Positions 1-8,189 are shown, numbered from the stretch's first letter. The stretch: 37,230 bases of DNA from an uncultured Clostridia bacterium (GCA_937989765.1 CALKRZ010000173.1:1-37230); one strand, 5' to 3'. A program made the numbers and translations. Notes: generated by a model from the letters alone, not told the origin.

Positions 1-1146
1 GCTGGACTTTTTAATCTGATCGGTAGTGAAGTGGATGATGCATATATAGCAAAAGTCAAAGCCCAATGCATCAATCCAGAACTGATCGAATCCGCAGCAG
101 AGGATTTGAAGATCGTTTTTACGCCCATCCATGGGACAGGCAATAAGCCAGTACGGAGAGTACTGCAGGAAGTAGGCTTTAAAAATGTGTTTGTAGTACC
201 CGAGCAGGAGATGCCAGATCCTGATTTTACGACTGTGGGCTATCCTAACCCAGAAGATCCTAAGGCATTTGCATTAGCCATCGACTTGGCCAAAGAAAAA
301 AATGCCGATGTCATCATCGGTACAGATCCTGATGCAGACCGAGTAGGGGTTGTAGTAAAAAATGCCCAAGGAGAGTATGTAGTACTCAGTGGTAATATGA
401 CAGGGGTGCTGCTCACAGACTATATCCTATCTCAGAAGAAGCAAAAAGGAACCTTGCCTGAAAATGGTGCAGTGATCAAAACCATCGTAACGACAGAAAT
501 GACTAGAACCATTGCTACCCATTATGATATGGAACTGATTGAAGTTTTGACTGGATTTAAATATATCGGAGAAAAAATCAAAGAATTCGAACAAAGTGGA
601 AGTAATACCTATCTATTTGGTTTTGAAGAGAGCTACGGCTATCTAGCGGGTACATATGCCAGAGACAAGGATGCCATCGTTGCGTCCATGCTAGTTTGTG
701 AACTCGCAGCCTACTATAAATCCAAAGGGATATCCTTATATGAAGGATTACAAGCTTTATATGAAAAATATGGCTACTATAAAGAAACTTTACAATCCCT
801 TACATTAAAAGGGATCGAAGGCATAGAAAAGATCAAATTAATAATAAAAACCCTACGCGAAAACCCACCCACTGAACTAGCAGGCATTAAAGTAGTAGAA
901 AGTCGGGATTATCAGGCACAAAAAGGTCAAAACCTAACAACAGGAGAAAACTTTACAATCAACCTGCCCAAATCAGATGTACTATACTTCGTCATGGAGG
1001 ATAAATCCTGGTTCTGTGTAAGACCATCCGGTACAGAACCTAAAGTGAAATTCTACTTTGGTGTTAAAGGAAACTCCCAAGAAGATGCAAACCATAAAGT
1101 CGCAGCATTATCTGAAGCAGTCATGAACAAAGTAAGCCAAATCTAA
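1..1146 (+). CDS. alpha-D-phosphohexomutase family phospho-sugar mutase (PgcA-like phosphoglucomutase/phosphomannomutase), C-terminal ~380 aa; 5' end outside window
   Basis: Frame 1 is open from nt 1, so track ORF 31..1146 only marks the first in-frame GTG. Motifs present: GTDPDADR (metal loop), GFEESYGY (sugar loop), RPSGTEPKVKFY (phosphate loop). Confidence 0.9.
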   Translation, partial: AGLFNLIGSEVDDAYIAKVKAQCINPELIESAAEDLKIVFTPIHGTGNKPVRRVLQEVGFKNVFVVPEQEMPDPDFTTVGYPNPEDPKAFALAIDLAKEKNADVIIGTDPDADRVGVVVKNAQGEYVVLSGNMTGVLLTDYILSQKKQKGTLPENGAVIKTIVTTEMTRTIATHYDMELIEVLTGFKYIGEKIKEFEQSGSNTYLFGFEESYGYLAGTYARDKDAIVASMLVCELAAYYKSKGISLYEGLQALYEKYGYYKETLQSLTLKGIEGIEKIKLIIKTLRENPPTELAGIKVVESRDYQAQKGQNLTTGENFTINLPKSDVLYFVMEDKSWFCVRPSGTEPKVKFYFGVKGNSQEDANHKVAALSEAVMNKVSQI

Positions 1147-1165
1147 TCTATAAAGAAGCTGATAG

Positions 1166-1331
1166 TTGGAAAGTATGTAGTGGGAAGGCAAATATATAAA
1201 TCTGGAAACAACGGCAATAAAAGAGCGCGTCCAAAACTTCCAACTATACTTTCCCCTTACACAAGCGCGATTTTGCCGTTGTTGGAAGACTTATATATTT
1301 GCCTGACCACGGACCCTTTCTGACCACGGAA
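1166..1331 (+). repeat. long-hairpin intergenic repeat family, copy 1 (MITE-like / structured RNA candidate)
   Basis: Alignable along its length with 12835-13001, 23193-23346 and the reverse complement of 20800-20950. Arms are GGCAAATATATAAATCTGGAAACAACGGCAA ... TTGCCGTTGTTGGAAGACTTATATATTTGCC. It starts 20 nt after the mutase stop codon. Confidence 0.85.
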
Positions 1332-1348
1332 ATTTTGCAACATCCAAT

Positions 1349-1377
1349 AAAAAAAGCTGCGATAGCAGCTTTTTTTT
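1349..1377. terminator. bidirectional rho-independent terminator shared by the convergent mutase and bglA genes
   Basis: AAAAAAAGCTGC-GATA-GCAGCTTTTTTTT: a 6-bp GC-containing stem flanked by an A-run and a T-run. It lies between stop codons at 1146 (+) and 1389 (-). Confidence 0.7.
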
Positions 1378-1388
1378 CTTGTATAACT

Positions 1389-2735
1389 TTACCCTTCAAA
1401 ACCTCGCTCTTTGATCACTTCCATATACCACTTTCCACTATCTTTTACAGTTCTTACTTGCGTAGCATAATCCATATGCGTAATGCCAAATCGCTTATCA
1501 TAACCGCATGCCCATTCAAAATTATCCAAAAACGACCAAACAAAATAACCTTTTAGTGGAATACCATCCGCTACAGCCTTGTGAGCCATTTGGAAATGTT
1601 GTACTAAATACTCAGTTCGCTCTTTATCATGAATTTGGCCATCCTCACTCACTAGATCAGGGAAAGCGGCTCCATTTTCTGTAATATATAAATCAATAGC
1701 TCCATAATCTTTTTGAAAACGAGCCATGATATCATACAAGCCTTGGGGATATACTTCCCAGTCCATGGCCGTATATTGTCCTTCAGGACGAAGCCGTTCT
1801 ACCCCTAATGGATCGTTACCTGCTTTAATGAGTCCTCGGAAATAATAGTTGATCCCTACAAAATCAATAGGACGGCTGATGATGTCCAGATCACCAGGCA
1901 GAAGGGTAGGCATGGGCAGCTTCATTTGGCATTCTACCCAATCCCATAGATTTTGGGGATACTGCTTTTTATAAATAGGGTCCAAAAACCAACTGTTGGT
2001 ATAAGCATGCATCCGTTCAGAGGCAGCAAGATCCTCAGGTGCATCAGAAGCAGGGTATTGGGCAGAGACGCTGAGCGTGATCCCTATGGGCGCTGTAAGA
2101 CCTTTTTGACGATATACACCGACTGCTTCTCCATGGGCTACCAGTACATTGTGGCCTACCACCAGTGCAGTAGAAAGATCTTGAATACCTGGGGCATGCT
2201 CCCCAGTAAAGTTACCCAGAAATGTAAATACCCAAGGTTCATTAAAGGTGATCCACTGATGTACTTTATCACCCAGACGATCAAATACGTAGGCTGCATA
2301 GTTTTTAAAATGCGCTATAGTCTCGCGGTTGGCCCATCCCCCTTGGTCTTGTAGGGTCTGAGGTAGATCCCAATGGTAGAGTGTAACTACGGGCTTGATA
2401 TTGTGCGCTAAGAGTTCATCCACCAGATTGATATAAAATGCCATACCTGCTTCATTGGGTGCGCCAAATCCATCAGGGAAAATACGAGGCCAAGCAATAG
2501 AAAAACGGTACGCATCGACTCCGTATTGGGACAGCAGTGCTACATCCTCCTTGTATCGGTTGTAATGGTCGCAGGCTACATCCCCGGTATCTCCATTGAC
2601 TACTTTGCCAGGAGTACGGCAAAAGGTATCCCAGATAGAAGGTTTTCGTCCATCTTGGTCATGCGCACCTTCGATTTGATAGCTGGCTGTTGCCACACCC
2701 CACACAAAGTCTTTTGGAAAATAATACTGATTCAT
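1389..2735 (-). CDS. bglA: glycoside hydrolase family 1 beta-glucosidase
   Basis: Track ORF 1389..2756. Start refined to the ATG at 2735 (MNQYYFPKDF), preceded by AAGGAGG with a 6-nt spacer. GH1 catalytic motifs are present: TFNEPW (acid/base Glu) and YITENGAA (nucleophile Glu). Confidence 0.92.
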   Translation of the reverse strand: MNQYYFPKDFVWGVATASYQIEGAHDQDGRKPSIWDTFCRTPGKVVNGDTGDVACDHYNRYKEDVALLSQYGVDAYRFSIAWPRIFPDGFGAPNEAGMAFYINLVDELLAHNIKPVVTLYHWDLPQTLQDQGGWANRETIAHFKNYAAYVFDRLGDKVHQWITFNEPWVFTFLGNFTGEHAPGIQDLSTALVVGHNVLVAHGEAVGVYRQKGLTAPIGITLSVSAQYPASDAPEDLAASERMHAYTNSWFLDPIYKKQYPQNLWDWVECQMKLPMPTLLPGDLDIISRPIDFVGINYYFRGLIKAGNDPLGVERLRPEGQYTAMDWEVYPQGLYDIMARFQKDYGAIDLYITENGAAFPDLVSEDGQIHDKERTEYLVQHFQMAHKAVADGIPLKGYFVWSFLDNFEWACGYDKRFGITHMDYATQVRTVKDSGKWYMEVIKERGFEG

Positions 2736-2773
2736 ATAATTCCTCCTTAGATACAATATGTAAACGTAATCTT

Positions 2774-2783
2774 ATAACGTTAT
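2774..2783. promoter_or_regulatory. perfect 10-bp palindrome ATAACGTTAT overlapping the predicted bglA -10/+1 region (candidate LacI-type operator); adjacent half-cre-like TGTAAACG at 2759-2766
   Basis: Palindrome read directly from the sequence. Its position relative to the predicted promoter is at 2782-2810 (-). Confidence 0.3.
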
Positions 2784-2810
2784 TGTAACTCGTCACAGAA
2801 TAAAACTCAA
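2782..2810 (-). promoter_or_regulatory. predicted sigmaA-type promoter of bglA
   Basis: On the minus strand: TTGAGT, 17 nt spacer, TACAAT. It lies about 45 nt upstream of the bglA RBS. Confidence 0.45.
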
Positions 2811-2864
2811 CATGATTATCATAAGTGTAAACTTAAGCCATAATATGGCAGATAGCCTAAACGA

Positions 2865-3054
2865 AAGGAGATATTTCAATTTGAATAGAGTTCGTGGAGC
2901 TCCTTTCTATGTACTAGAACGAAGCGAACTTCGGCAGCCGTTGTGGGTGATATGGCGATATCCATCAGATTACACGCAATAAAGATAATTCGTGTTCACT
3001 CAGGGTATCTATAGCCCTAGCGACTAGAACGCTATGAAAATGAAATATCTCCTT
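2865..3054. other. unassigned 190-nt element closed by a perfect 14-bp helix (candidate stand-alone structured sRNA or single-copy MITE)
   Basis: AAGGAGATATTTCA (2865-2878) pairs with TGAAATATCTCCTT (3041-3054). The helix extends with small internal loops to about 25 bp (2880-2893 with 3027-3040). Internal hairpins lie at 2920-2933, 2949-2962, 2972-2995 and 3002-3018. ACTAGAACG is duplicated at 2913-2921 and 3023-3031. Confidence 0.4.
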
Positions 3055-3112
3055 GAGTGAAAACTTCCAAGTAATGAATTAAACTTGCGCTTATGACACG
3101 ATTATACATTTG

Positions 3113-3141
3113 TTGCAGTGCTCCATATGATATGATATACT
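3113..3141 (+). promoter_or_regulatory. predicted sigmaA-type promoter (extended -10) of the antiporter gene
   Basis: TTGCAG (3113-3118), 17 nt spacer, TGaTATACT with TATACT at 3136-3141. Confidence 0.45.
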
Positions 3142-3238
3142 TTGAACCATGGATATTCTGGCAAATAGCCGATTTTATAGATAGCATGTGGGTGCCTTTT
3201 TATAGGCAGAGATGGAACAAGTACGGGAGGTAAATATA

Positions 3239-4387
3239 ATGTCAACACATTTTTTAATGGATATTGCGATCATTCTTATTTTTACGAAAGTATTGGGTTT
3301 GATCACCAAAAAATTTAGTATGCCCCAAGTACTGGGGGCACTGATTGCAGGGTTGATTTTGGGACCTGCTGGAGTTAATCTTTTGCATGAGACCCACTTC
3401 ATTTCTTCTATGGCAGAATTAGGAGTTATTATCCTCATGTTTTCAGCTGGATTAGAAACAGATCTACATGAACTGAAAAAGTGTGGAAAAGCCTCCCTCA
3501 TTATTGCGTTATTCGGTGTAGCTGTACCTCTACTTGGAGGCATGGTGGCAGCGGTTTTTTTTAACCAAAATATCATGGAAAATATATTTATCGGTGTGAT
3601 CTTAACGGCTACTTCTGTAAGTATTACGGTGGAAACATTGCAAGAAATGGGTAAGTTAAAGACTGCTTCTGGCACAGCTATTTTAGGGGCAGCGATCATT
3701 GATGATGTTTTGGGCATCATTATACTCACGGTCATTATCAGTATGAATAATCCGCTCTCTCCCCCAGTAGCGATCGTACTTCTAAAGATTGTGGCATTTT
3801 TTGTGATCGCGTTAATTAGTGGTATAGGATTTTACTATTTATTTCAGTGGCTCAGTCAAAGAGAAGGAAAAAAACGAAGAATTCCAGTATTTGCCTTTGC
3901 TTTTTGCCTATTACTAGCCTTTGCGGCAGAAAAATTTGATGTAGCTGATATTACAGGGGCTTATATCGCGGGGCTCATTCTGTGCAATACGGTGAGTTCT
4001 CACTATATTGGCAACAAAATAGAAGTGTTGTCCTATATGATTCTTTCGCCTATCTTTTTTGCGAGTATTGGGATCAAGACATCTATAGGAACTATGAATG
4101 GAGAGATCATCTTGTTTACAGTCATATTATTAGGTGTAGCGATCCTCACCAAGGTGATAGGCTGTGGATTTGGTGCTAGAATTTGTGGCTATACCAAAGA
4201 TGAATCACTAAAGATCGGGATCGGGATGATCAGTAGGGGAGAGGTCGCTTTGATCGTAGCCAATAAAGGAGCTGCCGTAGGACTCATGCCTCAGCGCTTT
4301 TTTGCCCCTATTATTTTGGTAGTTATTATTACAACACTAATCACTCCTGTTCTTTTACGGATGAGGTATTCACGTAGTATAGCATAA
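3239..4387 (+). CDS. cation:proton antiporter, Na_H_Exchanger/CPA2 family without KTN domain (GerN/NapA-like)
   Basis: Track ORF 3212..4387. Start refined to the ATG at 3239, preceded by GGGAGG with an 8-nt spacer. The protein is polytopic and hydrophobic, with an N-terminus (MSTHFLMDIAIILIFTKVLG...PQVLGALIAGLILGP) typical of this family. Confidence 0.85.
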   Translation: MSTHFLMDIAIILIFTKVLGLITKKFSMPQVLGALIAGLILGPAGVNLLHETHFISSMAELGVIILMFSAGLETDLHELKKCGKASLIIALFGVAVPLLGGMVAAVFFNQNIMENIFIGVILTATSVSITVETLQEMGKLKTASGTAILGAAIIDDVLGIIILTVIISMNNPLSPPVAIVLLKIVAFFVIALISGIGFYYLFQWLSQREGKKRRIPVFAFAFCLLLAFAAEKFDVADITGAYIAGLILCNTVSSHYIGNKIEVLSYMILSPIFFASIGIKTSIGTMNGEIILFTVILLGVAILTKVIGCGFGARICGYTKDESLKIGIGMISRGEVALIVANKGAAVGLMPQRFFAPIILVVIITTLITPVLLRMRYSRSIA

Positions 4388-4426
4388 GGGTTATTGTGTA
4401 AGCGTAGGGTGAAACGATTCTTCTGG

Positions 4427-4455
4427 TTTACAAAAACAATAAAATTTGGTATTAT
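4427..4455 (+). promoter_or_regulatory. predicted sigmaA-type promoter of the GGDEF-EAL gene
   Basis: TTTACA, 17 nt spacer, TATTAT. Confidence 0.35.
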
Positions 4456-4501
4456 ATAGATTGTAAGTATAAAAACGTTTTTAGTGGGGGACTGGTAAGA
4501 C

Positions 4502-6649
4502 ATGCTAATGACAGACTGGATTGTCCCAAATAGAGATTATATATTTTTTATCATAGCTGTACTAGTTTGTGTAGTGATCCAAGAGATCTGTATGAGAAGA
4601 TATATCATCCAGTTAGCAAAAAAGCTTCAGCAAAACATAGCAAGTCTGCCTTTGCTTCGATGGAGTGGCATAGTGGTGTATGGGCTGATCGCAACTACTT
4701 TGATCGTAGGAGGGTTTGCAGTTAACCATGCCACTACCATGGAGAGTATGCGCATGGAGAGTATCCTTGCAGGTACAGCCAGGATTCTGAGTTATGAACT
4801 CATGGAGCAGGGACATGCAAGCCTTCCTATAGACGTAGATTCCGATGATCCTTTATACATAGCTGTGGTAAACACCATAGAGCATTGGCTTCAAATTAAT
4901 CCAAGTATACAGAGCATATATACAATGCGAAAGCGTTCGGATGGTAGCAATGTTTTTTTAGTAGATGGTGCAGTGGACTACAATGGAAATGGTAAAATCG
5001 ATGAGGATATAGAAGGTCGCACGCCACCAGGCACTGTATATAAATTATTCATAAAGGAAATGGAGCAGGCATTTAATGGGAAAGAGGGCTTAGAGAAGGC
5101 ACCTACCACGGATCAATGGGGAACTAGTATTAGTTACTATGTACCCATCTATACAAAAGAGGGGCAGCAAGAGGGGATCGTGGGGCTAGATTATGATGGA
5201 ACACAGTGGCTACAGGTGATCCGTAGCTCGAGACAAAAAATGGTCATTTTCTTTGTCATTATTCTCTTCTTGTTAGATATCATCTATGGGGTGATCATCT
5301 TAGTAACCATTGACGGAGAAAAAAATAAGTATCACCGACAGGAAATCTGGTATAAAGCATATTACGATGATCTTACAGGATTGCCGAACAGAAGTCTACT
5401 GAACCAAAAGCTTACAGAAGCACTAGAAAAAGCTGCAAAATCAGGGGAAAGGGTGGGGGTTCTTCTTTTTGACCTAGATCGTTTTAAGGTGATCAATGAC
5501 AGTATTGGACATAGGATAGGAGATCGACTACTACAAAATGTGGCGCAGAGGTTGCAGCTATGTATAAAGGATCAGGTGCTGCTATGCCATTTTGGAGGAG
5601 ATGCCTTTGTCGTAATGTTTGGTCAAGTGAATCAAGAAGACAGGATTCGTAGTGCGGCAGAAGAGATTATGAAAGCATTAAGACCCTCTTTTTGGATAGA
5701 TGAACATGAATTATTTATTACTGCTAGTATAGGTATATCTATATTTCCGCAAGATGGGGACAATGCCCAAACCCTCTTGAAAAATGCAGAGACTGCTGTG
5801 TATTCGGCAAAAGAAAATGGGCGAGATACGGTTGAATATTATAAAATGAGTATGAATGAAAAGTCTTTGATGCGTTTGCAGTTAGAAAACAAACTTCGGA
5901 GCGCACTTGAAAAGAAAGAGTTTATTGTATATTATCAGCCTCAGATAGACTGTAAAACAGCAGAAATTGTCAGTGCTGAAGCATTGATTCGATGGCAAGA
6001 TCCGATAGAAGGATTGATTTCGCCAGGCGAATTTATTCCTTTGGCAGAAGAAACTGGATTGATCGTACCTATGGGGGAATGGATGCTATATGCGGTATGC
6101 GAACAAATCAACCAGTGGCAGAGACAAGGATATCCACCTATACGAATCGATGTAAATCTATCCGCGAGACAGTTTAGACAACACGATATCGTAAATACGA
6201 TCAAGCAAGTACTCCACGATACAGGTGTCTATGCTAGTTCTTTAGGCGTAGAGATTACAGAAAGTATTGCTATGAAAAATGAAGAGTTAACCTATACCAC
6301 TTTAAAGCAGCTAGAGGAAATGGGTGTACACATTTCTATTGATGATTTTGGGACAGGGTATTCTTCTCTGAGCTATTTGAAGAAATATCCCTTACACACA
6401 TTAAAGATTGATCAGTCCTTTGTACGAGATCTGGTCGTAGACTCCAGTGATGCAGCGATTGCCAGTGCGATTATATTGATGGCACATGGTCTTCATTTGG
6501 AGGTGGTGGCAGAAGGGGTGGAGACCCTAGAACAAATTGAATTTTTGCGGGAAAACCAGTGTGATCGACTGCAGGGATTTATATTCAGCAGGCCAGTACC
6601 ACCAGAAGAATTCCAAAGATTACTACCACGCCAAAAAGAGATTTCTTGA
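4502..6649 (+). CDS. membrane sensor protein: TM - extracytoplasmic Cache-like domain - TM - degenerate GGDEF (GGDAF) - EAL; probable c-di-GMP phosphodiesterase
   Basis: Two hydrophobic segments flank an ~190-aa loop. The GGDEF-domain core reads GGDAF (5594-5608). The EAL domain motifs are intact: EALIRW (5978-), DDFGTGYSSLSYL, KIDQSFV, EGVET, QGF. Confidence 0.88.
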   Translation: MLMTDWIVPNRDYIFFIIAVLVCVVIQEICMRRYIIQLAKKLQQNIASLPLLRWSGIVVYGLIATTLIVGGFAVNHATTMESMRMESILAGTARILSYELMEQGHASLPIDVDSDDPLYIAVVNTIEHWLQINPSIQSIYTMRKRSDGSNVFLVDGAVDYNGNGKIDEDIEGRTPPGTVYKLFIKEMEQAFNGKEGLEKAPTTDQWGTSISYYVPIYTKEGQQEGIVGLDYDGTQWLQVIRSSRQKMVIFFVIILFLLDIIYGVIILVTIDGEKNKYHRQEIWYKAYYDDLTGLPNRSLLNQKLTEALEKAAKSGERVGVLLFDLDRFKVINDSIGHRIGDRLLQNVAQRLQLCIKDQVLLCHFGGDAFVVMFGQVNQEDRIRSAAEEIMKALRPSFWIDEHELFITASIGISIFPQDGDNAQTLLKNAETAVYSAKENGRDTVEYYKMSMNEKSLMRLQLENKLRSALEKKEFIVYYQPQIDCKTAEIVSAEALIRWQDPIEGLISPGEFIPLAEETGLIVPMGEWMLYAVCEQINQWQRQGYPPIRIDVNLSARQFRQHDIVNTIKQVLHDTGVYASSLGVEITESIAMKNEELTYTTLKQLEEMGVHISIDDFGTGYSSLSYLKKYPLHTLKIDQSFVRDLVVDSSDAAIASAIILMAHGLHLEVVAEGVETLEQIEFLRENQCDRLQGFIFSRPVPPEEFQRLLPRQKEIS

Positions 6650-6680
6650 AAAGTATGTGGCTCGGTAAATAAGATAGTTC

Positions 6681-6708
6681 ACCAAATATCCTTCTTTCTC
6701 ATAGTATG
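6681..6708 (+). promoter_or_regulatory. possible sigmaK-type promoter upstream of yabG
   Basis: AC (6681-6682), 17 nt spacer, CATAGTATG (6700-6708), compared with the AC-16/17-CATAnnnTA consensus. yabG is sigmaK-dependent in B. subtilis. The match is imperfect. Confidence 0.25.
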
Positions 6709-6741
6709 GACTATACTGTACTGAGAAAGGAGGATATTTTT

Positions 6742-7605
6742 ATGGTGAAAGCAGGAGATATTGTAGGTAGAAAATCTTATGGATGTGATGTGTATTTTCG
6801 AGTGATCGATATAGATGAAGACGGGACAGTGTGCTTGGCGGGGGTTGACTATCGCATAGAAGCCGATGCACGTCCAGAGGATCTGCAGCCCATCAGTCTA
6901 AGTAAACTGCTAGATTTTAAAAAGCTGTTTATGAAGGATGTGGATAAGAAAATCAATAACGTAATCCTAGCACGGAGGGCAGAAGAAGGGGGGCAAAAAC
7001 AAGATGAGTCCGTATTGAAGCGGCCAGGGAAAGCGCTTCATATCGACGGAGACCCTGAATATCTTAAGATGTGTATGAAGTATTATGAAAAGCTAGGCAT
7101 TGAAGCTGTGGGGGAGTTACTGCCGGAGAAGGATCAACCGACGAAAGTACGGGAGCTTCTGGAGATCCATCATCCGGATATTATGATCGTAACAGGCCAT
7201 GATGCCCTCTCAAAGGATCAAGGCGCATATACGGATCTAAGTAAATATAGAAACTCAAAGTACTTCGTAGAGGCTGTAAAAGAAGCAAGGAAGTATGAGC
7301 CTTCTATGGATAGTCTGGTGATATTTGCAGGCGCCTGTCAATCATTCTATGAGGCCATTATAAAAGCAGGAGCCAACTTTGCAAGTTCTCCTAATAGAAT
7401 TATGATTCATGCCCTAGACCCTGTTCTGGTAGCAGAAAAAATATGCTACAGTAGTATAGAAAAAGTAATCCGTATGGAGGATATACTTCCCCATACCATA
7501 TCGGGCATACAAGGATTGGGAGGACTGCAAACCAGAGGAAAATATAGAGAGGGCATCCCAGCATCCATGTACAAGGAAAAAACCCAAAGTGCAGCATCCA
7601 TCTAA
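6742..7605 (+). CDS. yabG: sporulation-specific peptidase YabG
   Basis: Track ORF 6706..7605. Start refined to the ATG at 6742 (MVKAGDIVGRKSYGCDVYFRVI), preceded by AAAGGAGG. The N-terminus resembles B. subtilis YabG, and the conserved yabG-veg neighbourhood is present. Confidence 0.85.
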   Translation: MVKAGDIVGRKSYGCDVYFRVIDIDEDGTVCLAGVDYRIEADARPEDLQPISLSKLLDFKKLFMKDVDKKINNVILARRAEEGGQKQDESVLKRPGKALHIDGDPEYLKMCMKYYEKLGIEAVGELLPEKDQPTKVRELLEIHHPDIMIVTGHDALSKDQGAYTDLSKYRNSKYFVEAVKEARKYEPSMDSLVIFAGACQSFYEAIIKAGANFASSPNRIMIHALDPVLVAEKICYSSIEKVIRMEDILPHTISGIQGLGGLQTRGKYREGIPASMYKEKTQSAASI

Positions 7606-7763
7606 TCATCCAACATAAGAGTCCGAGGTATTCTATTACCAGTCCATCAAGGATACCTTGTTCTTTTTATACATTTTTTCGCACAAGTCCCCATATAGTG
7701 TATAAGGCAACTTTGGCTCGTTATTTTCTTTCAGTTGCCTAAATAGATATAGGGGGGACTCCT

Positions 7764-8189
7764 GTGAAGAGATGGATCTTATTATGCCTCGTAAGCTGTA
7801 TATTTCTAACGATCGGATGCAGTAAAAAACCTGGGGACATTACCTATCAACAACTAGACTATACCTTGCCAAATCAAGAAGAAATACCAAGTACTTTGCG
7901 GCAGCAGATCCAATTGGCCAAAGCATATCCATTTACCATGGAATACAAACAAGGAGAAGATCTGTTTTTAGCCGTAGGCTATGGACAGAAGCCTACAGGA
8001 GGATATAGTGTACAAGTAGTAGCGATAGGAGAGGCTCAGGGGCGAGTACAAGTTGTTACAAAGCTTATAGCGCCTAGTCCAGATGAATATGTCACCACCG
8101 TCATCACATACCCGATCATCGTCATTCAGATCAAAGATCCAGGAGTGCCTATAGAATTCAAAACATCCATACCAACGCTAAAAAAATAA
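7764..8189 (+). CDS. PrcB_C-domain lipoprotein (protease complex subunit PrcB family)
   Basis: GTG start. The signal peptide carries a lipobox, LTIGC. The motif GQKPTGGYSVQVV is typical of the PrcB C-terminal domain. Confidence 0.7.
   Translation: MKRWILLCLVSCIFLTIGCSKKPGDITYQQLDYTLPNQEEIPSTLRQQIQLAKAYPFTMEYKQGEDLFLAVGYGQKPTGGYSVQVVAIGEAQGRVQVVTKLIAPSPDEYVTTVITYPIIVIQIKDPGVPIEFKTSIPTLKK

Noticed and set aside
1299-1556. Track ORF 1299..1556 (+), 85 aa.
   Set aside because: It starts inside repeat copy 1, crosses the bidirectional terminator, and runs antisense to the 3' end of bglA. It has no RBS.
2930-2960. c-di-AMP (ydaO-type) or cation riboswitch upstream of the antiporter. GCCGTTGTGGGTGA faintly resembles the ydaO segment GCCGUUGGGGUGAAUCC.
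   Set aside because: Other conserved ydaO blocks (GGGGACCCA, CCGAAUCC, and so on) are absent. The best antiporter promoter (3113-3141) also lies downstream of the element, so the element would not be in that mRNA.
2845-2982. A 45-codon ORF (MADSLNERRYFNLNRV...) inside the bglA/antiporter spacer.
   Set aside because: It has no Shine-Dalgarno sequence, it overlaps the structured element, and its composition is not protein-like. It is probably fortuitous.
2865-3054. Assignment of the 190-nt structured element as 6S RNA, on the basis of its size and long closing helix.
   Set aside because: The interior folds into several short hairpins rather than one large central bubble plus terminal stem. 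I cannot verify the 6S consensus without a covariance-model search, so it is left unassigned.
3175-3735. Track ORF 3175..3735 (-), 186 aa, antisense to the antiporter gene.
   Set aside because: It lies fully inside and opposite a well-supported membrane protein CDS. It is the typical mirror ORF of a hydrophobic gene, with no RBS.
7625-7670. Possible terminator after yabG: AGGTAT...ATACCT followed by a T-rich tract.
   Set aside because: It has only a 6-bp AT-rich stem with a ~21-nt loop, which is too weak to call.
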